The notes under the pieces were generated by a model that saw only the letters and a list, made by a program, of their open reading frames with translations, had not been told where the DNA came from and did no database searches. This document shows, one piece after another, positions 9,136 through 18,502 of a stretch of 64,000 nt of DNA (positions within the stretch are counted from its first letter, which is position 1; each line of letters starts with the position of its first letter). The translations under genes were made by a program, and so were the position numbers. Origin of the DNA: Candidatus Kaiserbacteria bacterium (GTDB lineage: Bacteria; Patescibacteriota; Minisyncoccia; Phycocordibacterales; UBA2100); the NCBI GenBank assembly GCA_016186695.1, contig JACPLC010000001.1, positions 32,284 to 96,283 of the forward strand, read 5' to 3'.

Positions 9136-9990
9136 ATGCGACGGAGTGTTTTGGTAACCGGAATAGTCATAGTGATTCTTGCGGTTGCCGCCGCGCTTAT
9201 CTGGTGGGCAGTTTTTGAGGAAGATAGAGGTGGCATTCTTACGGTCTCATTTCTCGACGTTGGGCAGGGTGATGCGATTTTTATCGATGCGCCCTCGGGC
9301 CGGCAGGTACTTATTGATGGTGGTCCCGATAGAAGTGTCTTGCGCGAGCTGGGGAAACTAATGCCGTGGTACGACCGCTCGATCGACGTCGTCATCGCGA
9401 CACATCCGGATGCCGATCATATAAGCGGGCTCGTTGATGTGCTTCAGCGCTACCGCGTGCAGTACATTTTCCATCCTGGCGTCGAGAAAAGTACCGGCCC
9501 CGCCGAATCTATGCTCGTTTCTGTTGCAAAGGAAGGGGCGAACGAGGTATACGCGCGGCGCGGGCAGATAATTGAACTTGGCGATGGCGCGTACATTGAA
9601 ATTTTATTTCCGGACAGAGATGTATCAGATGTCGAGACGAATACTGCTTCAATCATTGCGCATGTCGTGTATGGAGCAACGTCGTTCATACTTACGGGTG
9701 ACGCGCCGCAGTCGATCGAGAAGTATCTCGTCCAGCTCGATGGGAGTGAGCTTCATTCGAATATCCTCAAAGCAGGCCATCATGGGTCAAAGACATCGTC
9801 ATCAGAACTTTTCGTCGGCTTCGTGAACCCCGAATACGCGGTATTCTCGCACGGTTGTGACAACTCCTACGGCCATCCGCACAAAGAAGTCGTCGATCTT
9901 TTTGCCCGCTTCGAAATCCCGACACTCGACACGTGCACCGAAGGCACAGTCACCTTCGTGTCGGATGGACAAAAAGTTATGCAGCAGTAA
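9136..9990 (+). CDS. Membrane-anchored metallo-beta-lactamase-fold protein, ComEC C-terminal-domain-like (a stand-alone ComEC nuclease domain)
   Basis: N-terminal TM helix, then LDVGQGDAIFIDAPSGRQVLIDGG and HPDADHISG MBL motifs, which are typical of the ComEC Lactamase_B domain. Confidence 0.75.
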   Translation: MRRSVLVTGIVIVILAVAAALIWWAVFEEDRGGILTVSFLDVGQGDAIFIDAPSGRQVLIDGGPDRSVLRELGKLMPWYDRSIDVVIATHPDADHISGLVDVLQRYRVQYIFHPGVEKSTGPAESMLVSVAKEGANEVYARRGQIIELGDGAYIEILFPDRDVSDVETNTASIIAHVVYGATSFILTGDAPQSIEKYLVQLDGSELHSNILKAGHHGSKTSSSELFVGFVNPEYAVFSHGCDNSYGHPHKEVVDLFARFEIPTLDTCTEGTVTFVSDGQKVMQQ

Positions 9991-10265
9991 GGTGGACGCG
10001 GAAACCCGACGGAGGTCGCCATGAAGAGCAAGCTCACCGTTTTTCTTGAAGAATTTGGCCATGCAGCGGCGTATGGTCTTGTGAACCTTGGCTCGCTTCG
10101 CGAGAGAAAGTCTACTCCCGGATACCACTCAGCTGGAGCCGAGCAAGGGGTTGCACGGCTCTTTCGGGATCGAGAACGTCACATCGATTCCAGCAGCCCT
10201 AGGAGTCAAATGGACTTATCGTTGCCAGACGACGATCGCTTTGCCTGGGGTTGACCCAAGCGGCG

Positions 10266-10302
10266 ATCGAAAACGAAAAGGCCGCCCCGATTGGCGGCCT
10301 TT
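10266..10302 (-). terminator. Hairpin aaggccgcc-ccgatt-ggcggcctt followed by a U-run on the minus strand, after the small secreted-protein gene
   Basis: Read from the sequence. It sits 20 nt downstream of the stop of the minus-strand gene at 10321. Confidence 0.45.
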
Positions 10303-10320
10303 ACACATCGCACCTCGAGC

Positions 10321-10623
10321 TCACTTCTCTCGAGGTGGTGTCAGGGCTTCGAAGCTCGCGGAAAGGAAATCCTGGACTCCTTTCGCGATCATGCAATCTT
10401 TTTCGTCGGAAGTTCTTCCACAAGTCTTTCGCATATCCTCGTTTCTGATCACGAGATCGTGGAGGATTCGCTTGCATGTATCGGATCTCTCCTCCACGCA
10501 TCCCCGAAGCAATTTCGATGCGTTGACTATGTATTTGCCGTCAAAGAACGGCGTAAGCTCTTGGGCGCTCGCACGGCTGCATAGTGCCACCGCAATCCCT
10601 AACAGTACTGCTGTTCTGCGCAT
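10321..10623 (-). CDS. Small secreted Cys-containing protein (signal peptide)
   Basis: N-terminal MRRTAVLLGIAVALCSRASAQ signal. The product is 100 aa with 5 Cys. Confidence 0.45.
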   Translation of the reverse strand: MRRTAVLLGIAVALCSRASAQELTPFFDGKYIVNASKLLRGCVEERSDTCKRILHDLVIRNEDMRKTCGRTSDEKDCMIAKGVQDFLSASFEALTPPREK

Positions 10624-10692
10624 TTTGCGCTCTCCCCTATACAGATGGACCAGAATTCCACCCAGATTATAAGCACACTCCGATAACGAACG

Positions 10693-10935
10693 CTATATGA
10701 GTCCAGCGGCTTTCAAAGTCTGAAAGGCACCGCGCTTTTTCATCGTCTTCAGGCCTTTGGCCGAGACGGTGATGGTGATTTTTTTGCCGAGCTCGGGAAT
10801 AAAGAGGGTTTTCTTCTGGAGATTCACTTGCCGGCGCCGCGCTCCTGTGGGGTTGAATTTTGTCGCACGTGTGCGATTAGAATAGCCACCTCCTACACGA
10901 GATCTTTTACCTGTTATTACACATGTTCTCGCCAT
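10693..10935 (-). CDS. rpmB: 50S ribosomal protein L28
   Basis: Starts MARTCVITGKRSRVGGGYSNRTRATKFNP, which is the L28 family N-terminus. Confidence 0.9.
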   Translation of the reverse strand: MARTCVITGKRSRVGGGYSNRTRATKFNPTGARRRQVNLQKKTLFIPELGKKITITVSAKGLKTMKKRGAFQTLKAAGLI

Positions 10936-10957
10936 ACTTTTTTATTGGTCCGTTATG

Positions 10958-10992
10958 CCTGCCCCGTTAGAAGCGCGAGCTTTCTAATGGGG
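10958..10992. repeat. Copy A of a conserved imperfect-hairpin repeat (ctgccccgttagaagcg...ctttctaatgggg)
   Basis: The same motif recurs at 17523-17560 and 30989-31022, and the stem carries compensatory changes. Confidence 0.6.
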
Positions 10993-11036
10993 ACGCATTC
11001 TCGTGCCATAATGAGCGTGCACTGTAGCACGCGCAA

Positions 11037-11429
11037 TTGCAAAGTGCAAAATCCAAAATGCAAAATGACAAAGAAAAATTTAAAAAGGAATTTATCGGTC
11101 GACTTATATCGCTGACCGTTCGGGTACTACGGTTTGCCACGAAACTACGTACTGATAAAAACCTGTGGTCCGTCGCAGACCAGCTTATCCGATGTACAGG
11201 TTCTATTGGCGCGAACGTGGTGGAGGCGAAAGGGTCAGGCAGTACGAAGGATTACACGAGATTCTTTGAGATAGCACTCAAATCAGCTAATGAAACAAAG
11301 TATTGGCTGGTCGTTGTACGTGAATACTCTGCGGAGCTTCGAGCTGAGGCGAATTCCATTCTGGACGAGGTTGATCAAGTTGCGAAGATAATTGGTTCCA
11401 GCGTTCTCACGCTGAAGGGAAAAAGGTGA
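11037..11429 (+). CDS. Four-helix-bundle protein (TIGR02436, the family of the 23S rRNA intervening-sequence protein)
   Basis: Contains the hallmark sequence LRFATKLRTDKNLWSVADQLIRCTGSIGANVVEAKGSGSTKDYTRFFEIALKSANETKYWL. Confidence 0.75.
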   Translation: MQSAKSKMQNDKEKFKKEFIGRLISLTVRVLRFATKLRTDKNLWSVADQLIRCTGSIGANVVEAKGSGSTKDYTRFFEIALKSANETKYWLVVVREYSAELRAEANSILDEVDQVAKIIGSSVLTLKGKR

Positions 11430-11490
11430 TCTTTTTGTTTTTACATTACATTTTGGCTTTTGGTCTTTACATTTTGGTATAATTCTCCTT

Positions 11491-12114
11491 ATGCAACTCA
11501 TTGATGCCGTTTTCGTCATCGCGATAATTATTTTTTCTGCCGTGATTCACGAGGTGATGCACGGTGTTGCGGCAGATCGTCTTGGCGACCCGACGGCGCG
11601 TCTGCAGGGCCGTCTCACGCTGAATCCCATTCCGCACCTCGATCCGTTCGGAAGCATCTTGCTTCCGATTATCCTCGCACTCACCAACTCGCCGATATTT
11701 TTCGGCTGGGCAAAACCCGTGCCCTACAATCCCTACAATCTCCGCCCCGGCAGATTTTCGGAAGCGATAGTCGCGGGCGCGGGCCCCGCGGCAAATCTTG
11801 CGATCGCGATTCTCGGCGGCATCGTCATCCGCTCGGGAGCCGTAAGCGGATTGGAGCCAGTACTCTTTCTCATCGTTGTTATCAACGTGATGCTCTTCCT
11901 CTTCAACCTTATTCCGATCCCTCCGCTCGACGGCTCGAAGGTTCTTGAAGGACTTTTGCCCCGAGCCTTGTCGAGGGGCTACTCGGAGTGGAGAACGCGC
12001 ATGGAGTACAACCCTTTCCTCGGCATGGGTATCGTCATACTCATTATCATTTTTCTCGGCGGAGCATTCAGCACCTTTGTCTACTCATTCGCGCACGCGA
12101 TCGCGGGGATGTAG
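11491..12114 (+). CDS. Site-2 protease / peptidase M50-family membrane metalloprotease
   Basis: HExxH motif HEVMHGV lies in the first TM helix. The product is polytopic, with a downstream LDGSKVL-like motif. Confidence 0.7.
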   Translation: MQLIDAVFVIAIIIFSAVIHEVMHGVAADRLGDPTARLQGRLTLNPIPHLDPFGSILLPIILALTNSPIFFGWAKPVPYNPYNLRPGRFSEAIVAGAGPAANLAIAILGGIVIRSGAVSGLEPVLFLIVVINVMLFLFNLIPIPPLDGSKVLEGLLPRALSRGYSEWRTRMEYNPFLGMGIVILIIIFLGGAFSTFVYSFAHAIAGM

Positions 12115-12168
12115 CGACTAGTACACACCGAGAAACAAAGTGTCTGCCGAAAATGGTAGGCTGAATGT

Positions 12169-13224
12169 ATGAAAAGGAGGCGACGCAAACCGGAATTTTT
12201 TCCGTTGTCGCGCCCGCGGAATCTCGCTCTCGCCGTCTCGATTCTCATTATTGGAGGGTTGGCGGTTGCTGGTGTGGCAGAGACATCGCGAGTGGGTCAG
12301 TACTCCGCCGCATCTGCGAAGTCGGGTACGTGCGAGCCACGATACAAACAATGCACGCAGGATCCGTACAAGGATCCCTACACGTGCGAGCTCGAGTTCC
12401 AACGATGCGTTCTGGAAGAGAAAAAGTGTTCCCAAAAGATAAATCTTGGGAAGGACAACTACCGATGCAACGACAACGCAGATTGCCAGATTCACTGCAC
12501 CGAGTCGTGGAAGAGCAACAACAAGTCCGGAACGCTTACCTGCTGCAAGGGAGACGCCAAGCACGTGAACAAGTGCAGAGACGAGGTAGACGGAAAGTGC
12601 ATTACCGGTCCGGGCAAGGGAACGCCAAAACAACCGAAGCCACCGGAGGGTCAGCAGAAAGGACAAGGCGAAGGAAAGGGCGGAATGCCCGAACTCCCAA
12701 AGCCGCCGCAGAAGCAGCCAAAGCCTGAGTCTCCATCGCAAGGGCAGCAAAACTGTCAACAAAATCCTTCAAGCCCCGAATGCAAGCAAGCACAGCAGCC
12801 GTTCTATTGTTCTATACCGGGCGCGTCGTACGTTTCTTCCAACTGTTCGGCGGGCGCAGAGACCGTCCAGCGGACGGCAGACGGCGATAAGGTCGAAGAT
12901 GAGCTTGCCAATTTCGCAAAAGCACCCGAAGACCAGACGCTCGTTACCACCGAACCTTCGCTGAGACCCTCGTCTCCTTCGCCACTGCCGATCGATTCAC
13001 GCTTGGAGGGTGAGGAGCGGCGTTTGCAAACAGCGCAGCCTCCTGAATCAGAAGCAGCGCCACCGCCGGCGGGCACGTACGTGCCTCAGGAGTTCAGTGG
13101 TTTTAACGCACCGTCTCCTGCAGCTGTGTCCGATGTGCCGCAGGCGGAGAAAGCAGTTGCATGGTGGAGTCTTGAGGGTCTCAAAAATGGTCTCCGCAGG
13201 TTACTTGATTTCTTGCCGGGGTAG
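12169..13224 (+). CDS. Membrane-anchored secreted Cys-rich / Pro-Gln-Lys low-complexity protein
   Basis: N-terminal TM helix, a Cys-rich 120-aa module, then PKPP/QQ low-complexity sequence. Confidence 0.5.
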   Translation: MKRRRRKPEFFPLSRPRNLALAVSILIIGGLAVAGVAETSRVGQYSAASAKSGTCEPRYKQCTQDPYKDPYTCELEFQRCVLEEKKCSQKINLGKDNYRCNDNADCQIHCTESWKSNNKSGTLTCCKGDAKHVNKCRDEVDGKCITGPGKGTPKQPKPPEGQQKGQGEGKGGMPELPKPPQKQPKPESPSQGQQNCQQNPSSPECKQAQQPFYCSIPGASYVSSNCSAGAETVQRTADGDKVEDELANFAKAPEDQTLVTTEPSLRPSSPSPLPIDSRLEGEERRLQTAQPPESEAAPPPAGTYVPQEFSGFNAPSPAAVSDVPQAEKAVAWWSLEGLKNGLRRLLDFLPG

Positions 13225-13239
13225 AATTTTCATGTCGGA

Positions 13240-13336
13240 ACGTTGCGTCAACTATGTATATATAGTACATTTCCCCTGCGCGCACAGCGCGCATTTGTTT
13301 ACCAGTGACTAGTTACTAGTTGCTAGTAGCTAAACT
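13240..13336 (+). promoter_or_regulatory. rpsL leader with sigma70-like TTGCGT...TATATA, a perfect palindrome gcgcgcacagcgcgc, and ACTAGT/GCTAGTAGC repeats
   Basis: Read from the sequence immediately upstream of the rpsL ATG at 13337. Confidence 0.35.
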
Positions 13337-13753
13337 ATGGCAACGATAAATCAGCTCGTGAAGAAAGGGCGCTCGAAGAAGACGTGGCGCACGAAGACCA
13401 TCGCACTTTCGCGCGGTTTCAACACGCTCAAGAACCGCCCGACGCATTTCTACTCACCGTTCAAGCGGGGAGTGTGCACGCGCGTCACGACGAAAACTCC
13501 TCGCAAGCCCAACTCTGCCATTCGAAAGATCGCGCGCGTGCGTCTTTCCAACGGCATGGAGATCACCGCCTACATTCCGGGTGAGGGTCACAATCTGCAG
13601 GAACACTCACTCGTATTGGTGCGCGGCGGTCGTGTGAAAGACATCGGCCTTCGCTACACCATCGTACGCGGCAAGCTTGATACGACGGGAATCGAAAAGC
13701 GCCGCCGTGGCCGCTCGCTCTATGGCGCAAAGCGTCCAAAGGGTGAAAAGTAA
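13337..13753 (+). CDS. rpsL: 30S ribosomal protein S12
   Basis: [12 protein letters not shown]...PKKPNSAxRK family sequence, 138 aa. Confidence 0.95.
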   Translation: MATINQLVKKGRSKKTWRTKTIALSRGFNTLKNRPTHFYSPFKRGVCTRVTTKTPRKPNSAIRKIARVRLSNGMEITAYIPGEGHNLQEHSLVLVRGGRVKDIGLRYTIVRGKLDTTGIEKRRRGRSLYGAKRPKGEK

Positions 13754-13795
13754 TTCCACTACTGACTACTTTCTACTAACTACTTACTACTCACT

Positions 13796-14257
13796 ATGCG
13801 CCGTCCTATCAAACGTAAGCATCTTCCGCAGCCGGACGAAGTCTACGGCTCCGTGAAAGTTTCGAAACTCATCAACTACGTGATGGAGCGCGGCAAAAAA
13901 GATACGGCGCGAAAGATCGTCTACAAGGTTATGGACGAATTGAAAAAGGAGGGGGACCCTGTCGCTATCCTCGAAGATGCGCTCGAAAAGGCTTCACCCA
14001 CTGTCGAAGTGCGCTCGCGCCGCGTCGGCGGCGCCAACTATCAGGTGCCGCGCGAGGTAAATCCAAACAGGAAGCTCGCGCTCGGATTACGATGGATCGT
14101 GGAAGCTGCCGAAGGCACGAAAGGAAAGCCGATGGCAGAGAGTCTTTTGAATGAGATAAAAGCTGCACACAAAGGCGAAGGTGTAGCTGTCACCAAGAAA
14201 GAAACGACTCATCGAATGGCGGAAGCCAACAAAGCGTTTGCACATTTTGCTTGGTAA
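13796..14257 (+). CDS. rpsG: 30S ribosomal protein S7
   Basis: S7 family sequence, 153 aa, in the conserved position after rpsL. Confidence 0.95.
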   Translation: MRRPIKRKHLPQPDEVYGSVKVSKLINYVMERGKKDTARKIVYKVMDELKKEGDPVAILEDALEKASPTVEVRSRRVGGANYQVPREVNPNRKLALGLRWIVEAAEGTKGKPMAESLLNEIKAAHKGEGVAVTKKETTHRMAEANKAFAHFAW

Positions 14258-14354
14258 TTCGCGAAGCGAATTACCTTGAGCACCGTCGAAGGATATATCT
14301 CGCGCGAGTGTGTATAAGCACGCGCGAGCGCTTCCCGTGCTTTACAATAGATGA

Positions 14355-14897
14355 GTGAAGCGGTACGTAATAGAAGAGTCGCCGTTCTCGTACTTTTTTA
14401 CTGCTGATACACGGAGTTCGTGGCTCTGGCTCGCTGCGCGTCTTTACTTGGGGTGGCAGTGGCTTGAAGCCGGATGGGGGAAATTCAACAACCCGAAATG
14501 GATTGGCGACGAGGCCGGCGCAGGTATGCTCGGATTCGTCGAGCGCGCGCTCACGAAAACCGAGGGCGCGCATCCCGACGTGCAGTGGTGGTACGCATGG
14601 TTTCTTCAACATCTCGTTCAGCCCTATCCGGAGGTCTGGGCATACATGATTACCTTCGGAGAAATACTGGTCGGCATCGCGCTCATCGCGGGATTCCTCG
14701 TCGGTATTGCGGCGTTTTTCGGTGTTTTTATGAATCTCAACTTCATGCTGGCCGGCACGGTGAGCGTCAACCCCATCATGGCCGTGCTTGCGATAGGCAT
14801 AATTCTCGCGTGGCGTGTCGCCGGCTACATCGGTCTCGACCGCTATGTGCTTCCGCTCCTCCACCGCTACTTCCGCCCGACGATGCGGGCAGGATAA
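14355..14897 (+). CDS. DoxX-like membrane protein, inserted between rpsG and fusA (GTG start as listed)
   Basis: 4-TM protein with DoxX-like LYLGWQWLEAGWGK and FGEILVGIALIAGF segments. Confidence 0.55.
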   Translation: MKRYVIEESPFSYFFTADTRSSWLWLAARLYLGWQWLEAGWGKFNNPKWIGDEAGAGMLGFVERALTKTEGAHPDVQWWYAWFLQHLVQPYPEVWAYMITFGEILVGIALIAGFLVGIAAFFGVFMNLNFMLAGTVSVNPIMAVLAIGIILAWRVAGYIGLDRYVLPLLHRYFRPTMRAG

Positions 14898-14995
14898 CAT
14901 TTCGAGCAACCTTTCGTTTACCGTGAGTGTCGTCGAAAGGCGCATTTCGCCCAGCAATAATTAATGAAGGCAAAATAATCCACCCCCTGCCGTAT

Positions 14996-15397
14996 TTAGG
15001 TTCGGTAAGGGTGGTTTGTCAGTACACGCTCGTGATCACGATAAGCGAGGCGGTGAGCGGTCGTGCGGCACACAGCTTCCTTATCAAGGGGGGCGGGAAC
15101 GCGACGGCTTTGCCTTTGCCCAACCCTCATCTTTTCCGTGTACTTTTGGTGGAATTTGAGAGTCCACCTTAAAAGCAACGCGGACATGAGAGTCGACCAG
15201 AAAATGCCATACAACGTAATGTAGAGGAATAGCTGACTCAGCTGGGACCCGTCGCCATAAACGACGAGTTGGATGGCCCGCGCCCAGAGACCGATCGCAA
15301 GCAAAACAAGCAACAAGAGAGGCCTGTTCGCCACAAGACATCGCAGGTAGATCATGGTGTTCTCCCACACTGTGCGACTGACGCGAATAATACGCAT
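14996..15397 (-). CDS. Hypothetical small membrane protein
   Basis: ORF with two hydrophobic helices. The coding call is weak. Confidence 0.25.
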   Translation of the reverse strand: MRIIRVSRTVWENTMIYLRCLVANRPLLLLVLLAIGLWARAIQLVVYGDGSQLSQLFLYITLYGIFWSTLMSALLLRWTLKFHQKYTEKMRVGQRQSRRVPAPLDKEAVCRTTAHRLAYRDHERVLTNHPYRT

Positions 15398-15481
15398 GTT
15401 GCATTTCTCTGCAAATAGTTGCTTTTTTCTCGTTTTCCGCTACATTATTGAGGCGCCCATTGCGGCGTTTTTGTTTAAAAC

Positions 15482-17516
15482 ATGGCACGAGATTACCCAC
15501 TAGAGAAAGTAAGGAACTTCGGCATTATCGCGCACATCGATGCGGGCAAAACGACCACGTCGGAGCGCATCCTTTTTTATACGGGAATGTCCCACAAAAT
15601 CGGCGAGGTGCACGAGGGCGACACGGTGACCGACTGGATGGAGCAGGAGCGCGAGCGCGGCATCACGATTACCGCCGCGGCCATCACGTGTTTCTGGAAC
15701 CCGACGTATATGGGTACTGACACCTCGTACAAACACCGCTTCAATATTATTGATACTCCCGGCCACATCGACTTCACGAGTGAGGTAAAACGCTCGATGC
15801 GCGTCTTGGATGGCGCAGTCGTGGTCTTCGACGGCGTTGCGGGCGTCGAGCCGCAGTCTGAAACCAACTGGCGCTACGCGGAAGAAGCGAATGTGCCGCG
15901 CATCTGCTATATCAACAAGCTCGATCGCACCGGCGCATCATTTGAAAAATCATTCGCGAGTATTTTGGAGCGACTTTCGACGAAGGCCGTGCGGTTGCAA
16001 ATTCCCGTCGGCGCCGAAGGAGATTTTTCCGGTGTCGTTGATCTTCTCTCGATGAAGGCATACAAATTTGAGGGTGAGATGGGCAAAGAGGTGATTGCCT
16101 ACGATGTTCCGGAGAATATCAAAGCCGAGGCCGCAAAGTATCGTGCCGAGCTTGTCGAGCGCATTGTCGAAAACGACGATGCAGTGATGAATGACTTTTT
16201 GGAAGGTAAGGAAATTCCTCTCGAGACGCTGAAGAAAACGCTTCGTAAGGGAGTGATCGAGAATAAAATTTTCCCTGTGCTTACGGGGCGCAGAAGAAAC
16301 ACGCCCCGCATCCGATGAGGCCCCGTTCGCGGCACTTGTATTCAAGATCCAGACCGACCCGTTCGTCGGCCAGTTGTCCTTCTTTCGCGTATATTCCGGT
16401 TCGTTCACAGCCGGTGACACCGTCTACAATTCTGCGAATAATAAAAAGGAACGTGTCGGCCGCATCGTGCGATTGCAGGCGGACAAGCGCGAAGACGTGA
16501 AGACGGTCTATGCAGGAGAGATAGCCGCAGCTGTCGGCATGAAAGAAGTAAAGATCGGCCACACGCTCTGCGACGTCGCACATCCAATCGCGCTTGAGAG
16601 CATCGTCTTTCCGGAGCCGGTCGTTTCGATGCGCATCGAACCAAACACAAAAGCCGATCAGGAGAAAATGGGCATGGCACTCTCCAAACTTTCCGACGAG
16701 GATCCGACATTCCGCATCAAGTCGGATCCGGAGACGGGTGAGACGATCGTTTCCGGCATGGGCGAATTGCACCTCGAGATCATCGTCGATCGTATGAAGC
16801 GCGAGTTTGGTGTGCAGGCGACGACCGGCAAGCCCCAAGTCGCCTATCGCGAGACTATTCAAGGGTCGGCGGATGTGGAATACAAACACATCAAACAGAC
16901 GGGGGGCAGGGGTCAGTACGGCCATGTCAAGATCCGCATCAAGCCGCTTGAACCGGTGGATCCGGAAAAGAAAGTGAAAAACAACGTCGATCGCGAAGAT
17001 CACTTCGAGTTCATCAACAACATCAAAGGAGGCGCGATCCCTCAGGAGTACATTCAGCCGGTGAAGAAAGGACTCATCGAGGCGATGGAGCGCGGTATAC
17101 AGGCAGGATTCCCTGTCGTCGACATTTCTGTCGATCTCTACGACGGAAGCTACCACGACGTCGACTCGTCCGAGATCGCGTTCAAACTCGCAGCCATCAA
17201 CGCAATGCAAGAGGCGATGCAGAAAGCAAAGCCCGTGATCCTCGAACCTATTATGAAATTGGAAGTCGTCGTGCCGGAGAAATTCATGGGTGATGTGACG
17301 GGCATGATAAACAGCAAGCGAGGGAGCATAGAGGCGATGGGGGAACGCGGGCAGGCGCGCGTCGTTACCGCGAAAGTCCCGCTCTCTGAACTTTTCGGGT
17401 TCACCACACAGCTCCGCTCACTCACCGAAGGCCGTGGTGTGCCGAACGTCGAGTTCTCCCATTACGCTGTCGTACCTCGGAATGTTCAAGACGACATAAT
17501 TGCCTCCAGAAAGTAA
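15482..17516 (+). pseudogene. fusA: Elongation factor G, interrupted by a frameshift/deletion of about 118 nt at about 16288 that removes the G5 (SAK) box and the end of the G domain
   Basis: The N-terminal ORF ends ...[11 protein letters not shown] + RRRNTPRIR*. The +1 frame continues [27 protein letters not shown], which aligns to EF-G about 40 residues downstream of the break. The missing segment corresponds to SAFKNKGVQ...DVP. Confidence 0.8.
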
Positions 17517-17522
17517 GCAACG

Positions 17523-17560
17523 CCTGCCCCGTTGGAAGCGCGAAGCGCTTTCCTGCGGGG
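17523..17560. repeat. Copy B of the hairpin repeat, immediately 3' of fusA
   Basis: ctgccccgttggaagcgcgaagcgctttcctgcgggg, compared with copies A and C. Confidence 0.6.
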
Positions 17561-17600
17561 TCATTGTCACGAGAAAGTAATCAAAGGTTATACTAAGGAC

Positions 17601-18347
17601 ATGAGCGAATCGGACGGTGAAGGGCCCAAAGGTCCCGACAGGAAAAACATTCGCTCGATAGTGGATAAAATCCAGCGCAAAAAGGATGATAAGAAAAGAA
17701 CCGACGATTTAGAGTGGCGCGTGTACAACAGAGATACAGTGGATTATCAAAAGTTTAAGGATCCCGAGCGAATTCGCCGTAAACAACTTGACGCAAAAGC
17801 AAGTACTATGCTCGATACGTTGCGAGCAGACCCTGCAGGTTCAATCGAAAGTGCTATCGTTGCATTGAGTGATCTGCAAACGCAGAAAGTTCCACCGAAC
17901 TACGATACTCTCGTTGAAAGTTTGACGCATGAACAGTGTGTTCGAGAACCCGACAAGGCGCGCGCGATTTTGGACGGATATTTTAAGAGTCTTGATGAAC
18001 TTGCTGCTCGAATAACGGATGAAAAAAGTGCCGAAGATGATATCACGGACCGTTTTTCTCCGAAGGGTCTGACACCGGATGAATGGGCGCGCCGGGCAGC
18101 GAGTTTGCTGGACGAGGAAAAGGCAAGAAAGTCGCGAGATGAACTTGGATTTTCTCACCCGTCGGAGCGGACGAGCTTCGAGAAGCAACTAGAGAGCCAG
18201 ATGCAATACGCTCGTCTCGACAAGACGGAGAGTGTTGTTGGTCGCGTCCGGTCCTATAGCCTCAATGAGTGGGGCCCGCATGCGTCGTACCTTCTCGCAG
18301 TGATACTCGAATACAGGAAAAGACGAGGTCTGACAGTAGAAAAGTAA
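17601..18347 (+). CDS. Highly charged hypothetical protein (start taken at ATG 17601)
   Basis: 249 aa, D/E/K/R-rich, no TM and no motif. A terminator-like hairpin follows at about 18455-18490. Confidence 0.45.
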   Translation: MSESDGEGPKGPDRKNIRSIVDKIQRKKDDKKRTDDLEWRVYNRDTVDYQKFKDPERIRRKQLDAKASTMLDTLRADPAGSIESAIVALSDLQTQKVPPNYDTLVESLTHEQCVREPDKARAILDGYFKSLDELAARITDEKSAEDDITDRFSPKGLTPDEWARRAASLLDEEKARKSRDELGFSHPSERTSFEKQLESQMQYARLDKTESVVGRVRSYSLNEWGPHASYLLAVILEYRKRRGLTVEK

Positions 18348-18502
18348 TTCCGCGTATCCCCAAAAGGCGGAAAATGCCTATAGACAAACGGGAAAAATGT
18401 GCCACGATTGAGACATTATCGGAGGCCAACCGTCGATAAGACTTCTTTGGGCCCAGCACTCTCTCTGGTCATCCCTGAAGGGGGCTTTTTTAATTTAAAA
18501 AT

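Noticed and set aside
10021-10672. Overlapping + strand ORFs (77, 194, 65 and 97 aa) in the 9990-10690 region
   Set aside because: They overlap one another and the minus-strand secreted-protein gene plus its terminator. None has a motif or ribosome-binding site, so I did not call any of them.
14271-14957. 228-aa minus ORF covering the DoxX-like gene
   Set aside because: It is antisense to a well-formed 4-TM membrane protein and the region between conserved rpsG and fusA. It has no motif and a charged, Arg-rich composition.
16281-17210. 309-aa minus-strand ORF and other long antisense ORFs inside fusA, tuf (25222..26448), the giant surface-protein genes and comEC
   Set aside because: These lie antisense to strongly supported conserved genes in GC-rich DNA. 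Their products are Arg/Leu/Asp-rich with no motifs, which is the classic signature of spurious high-GC ORFs.
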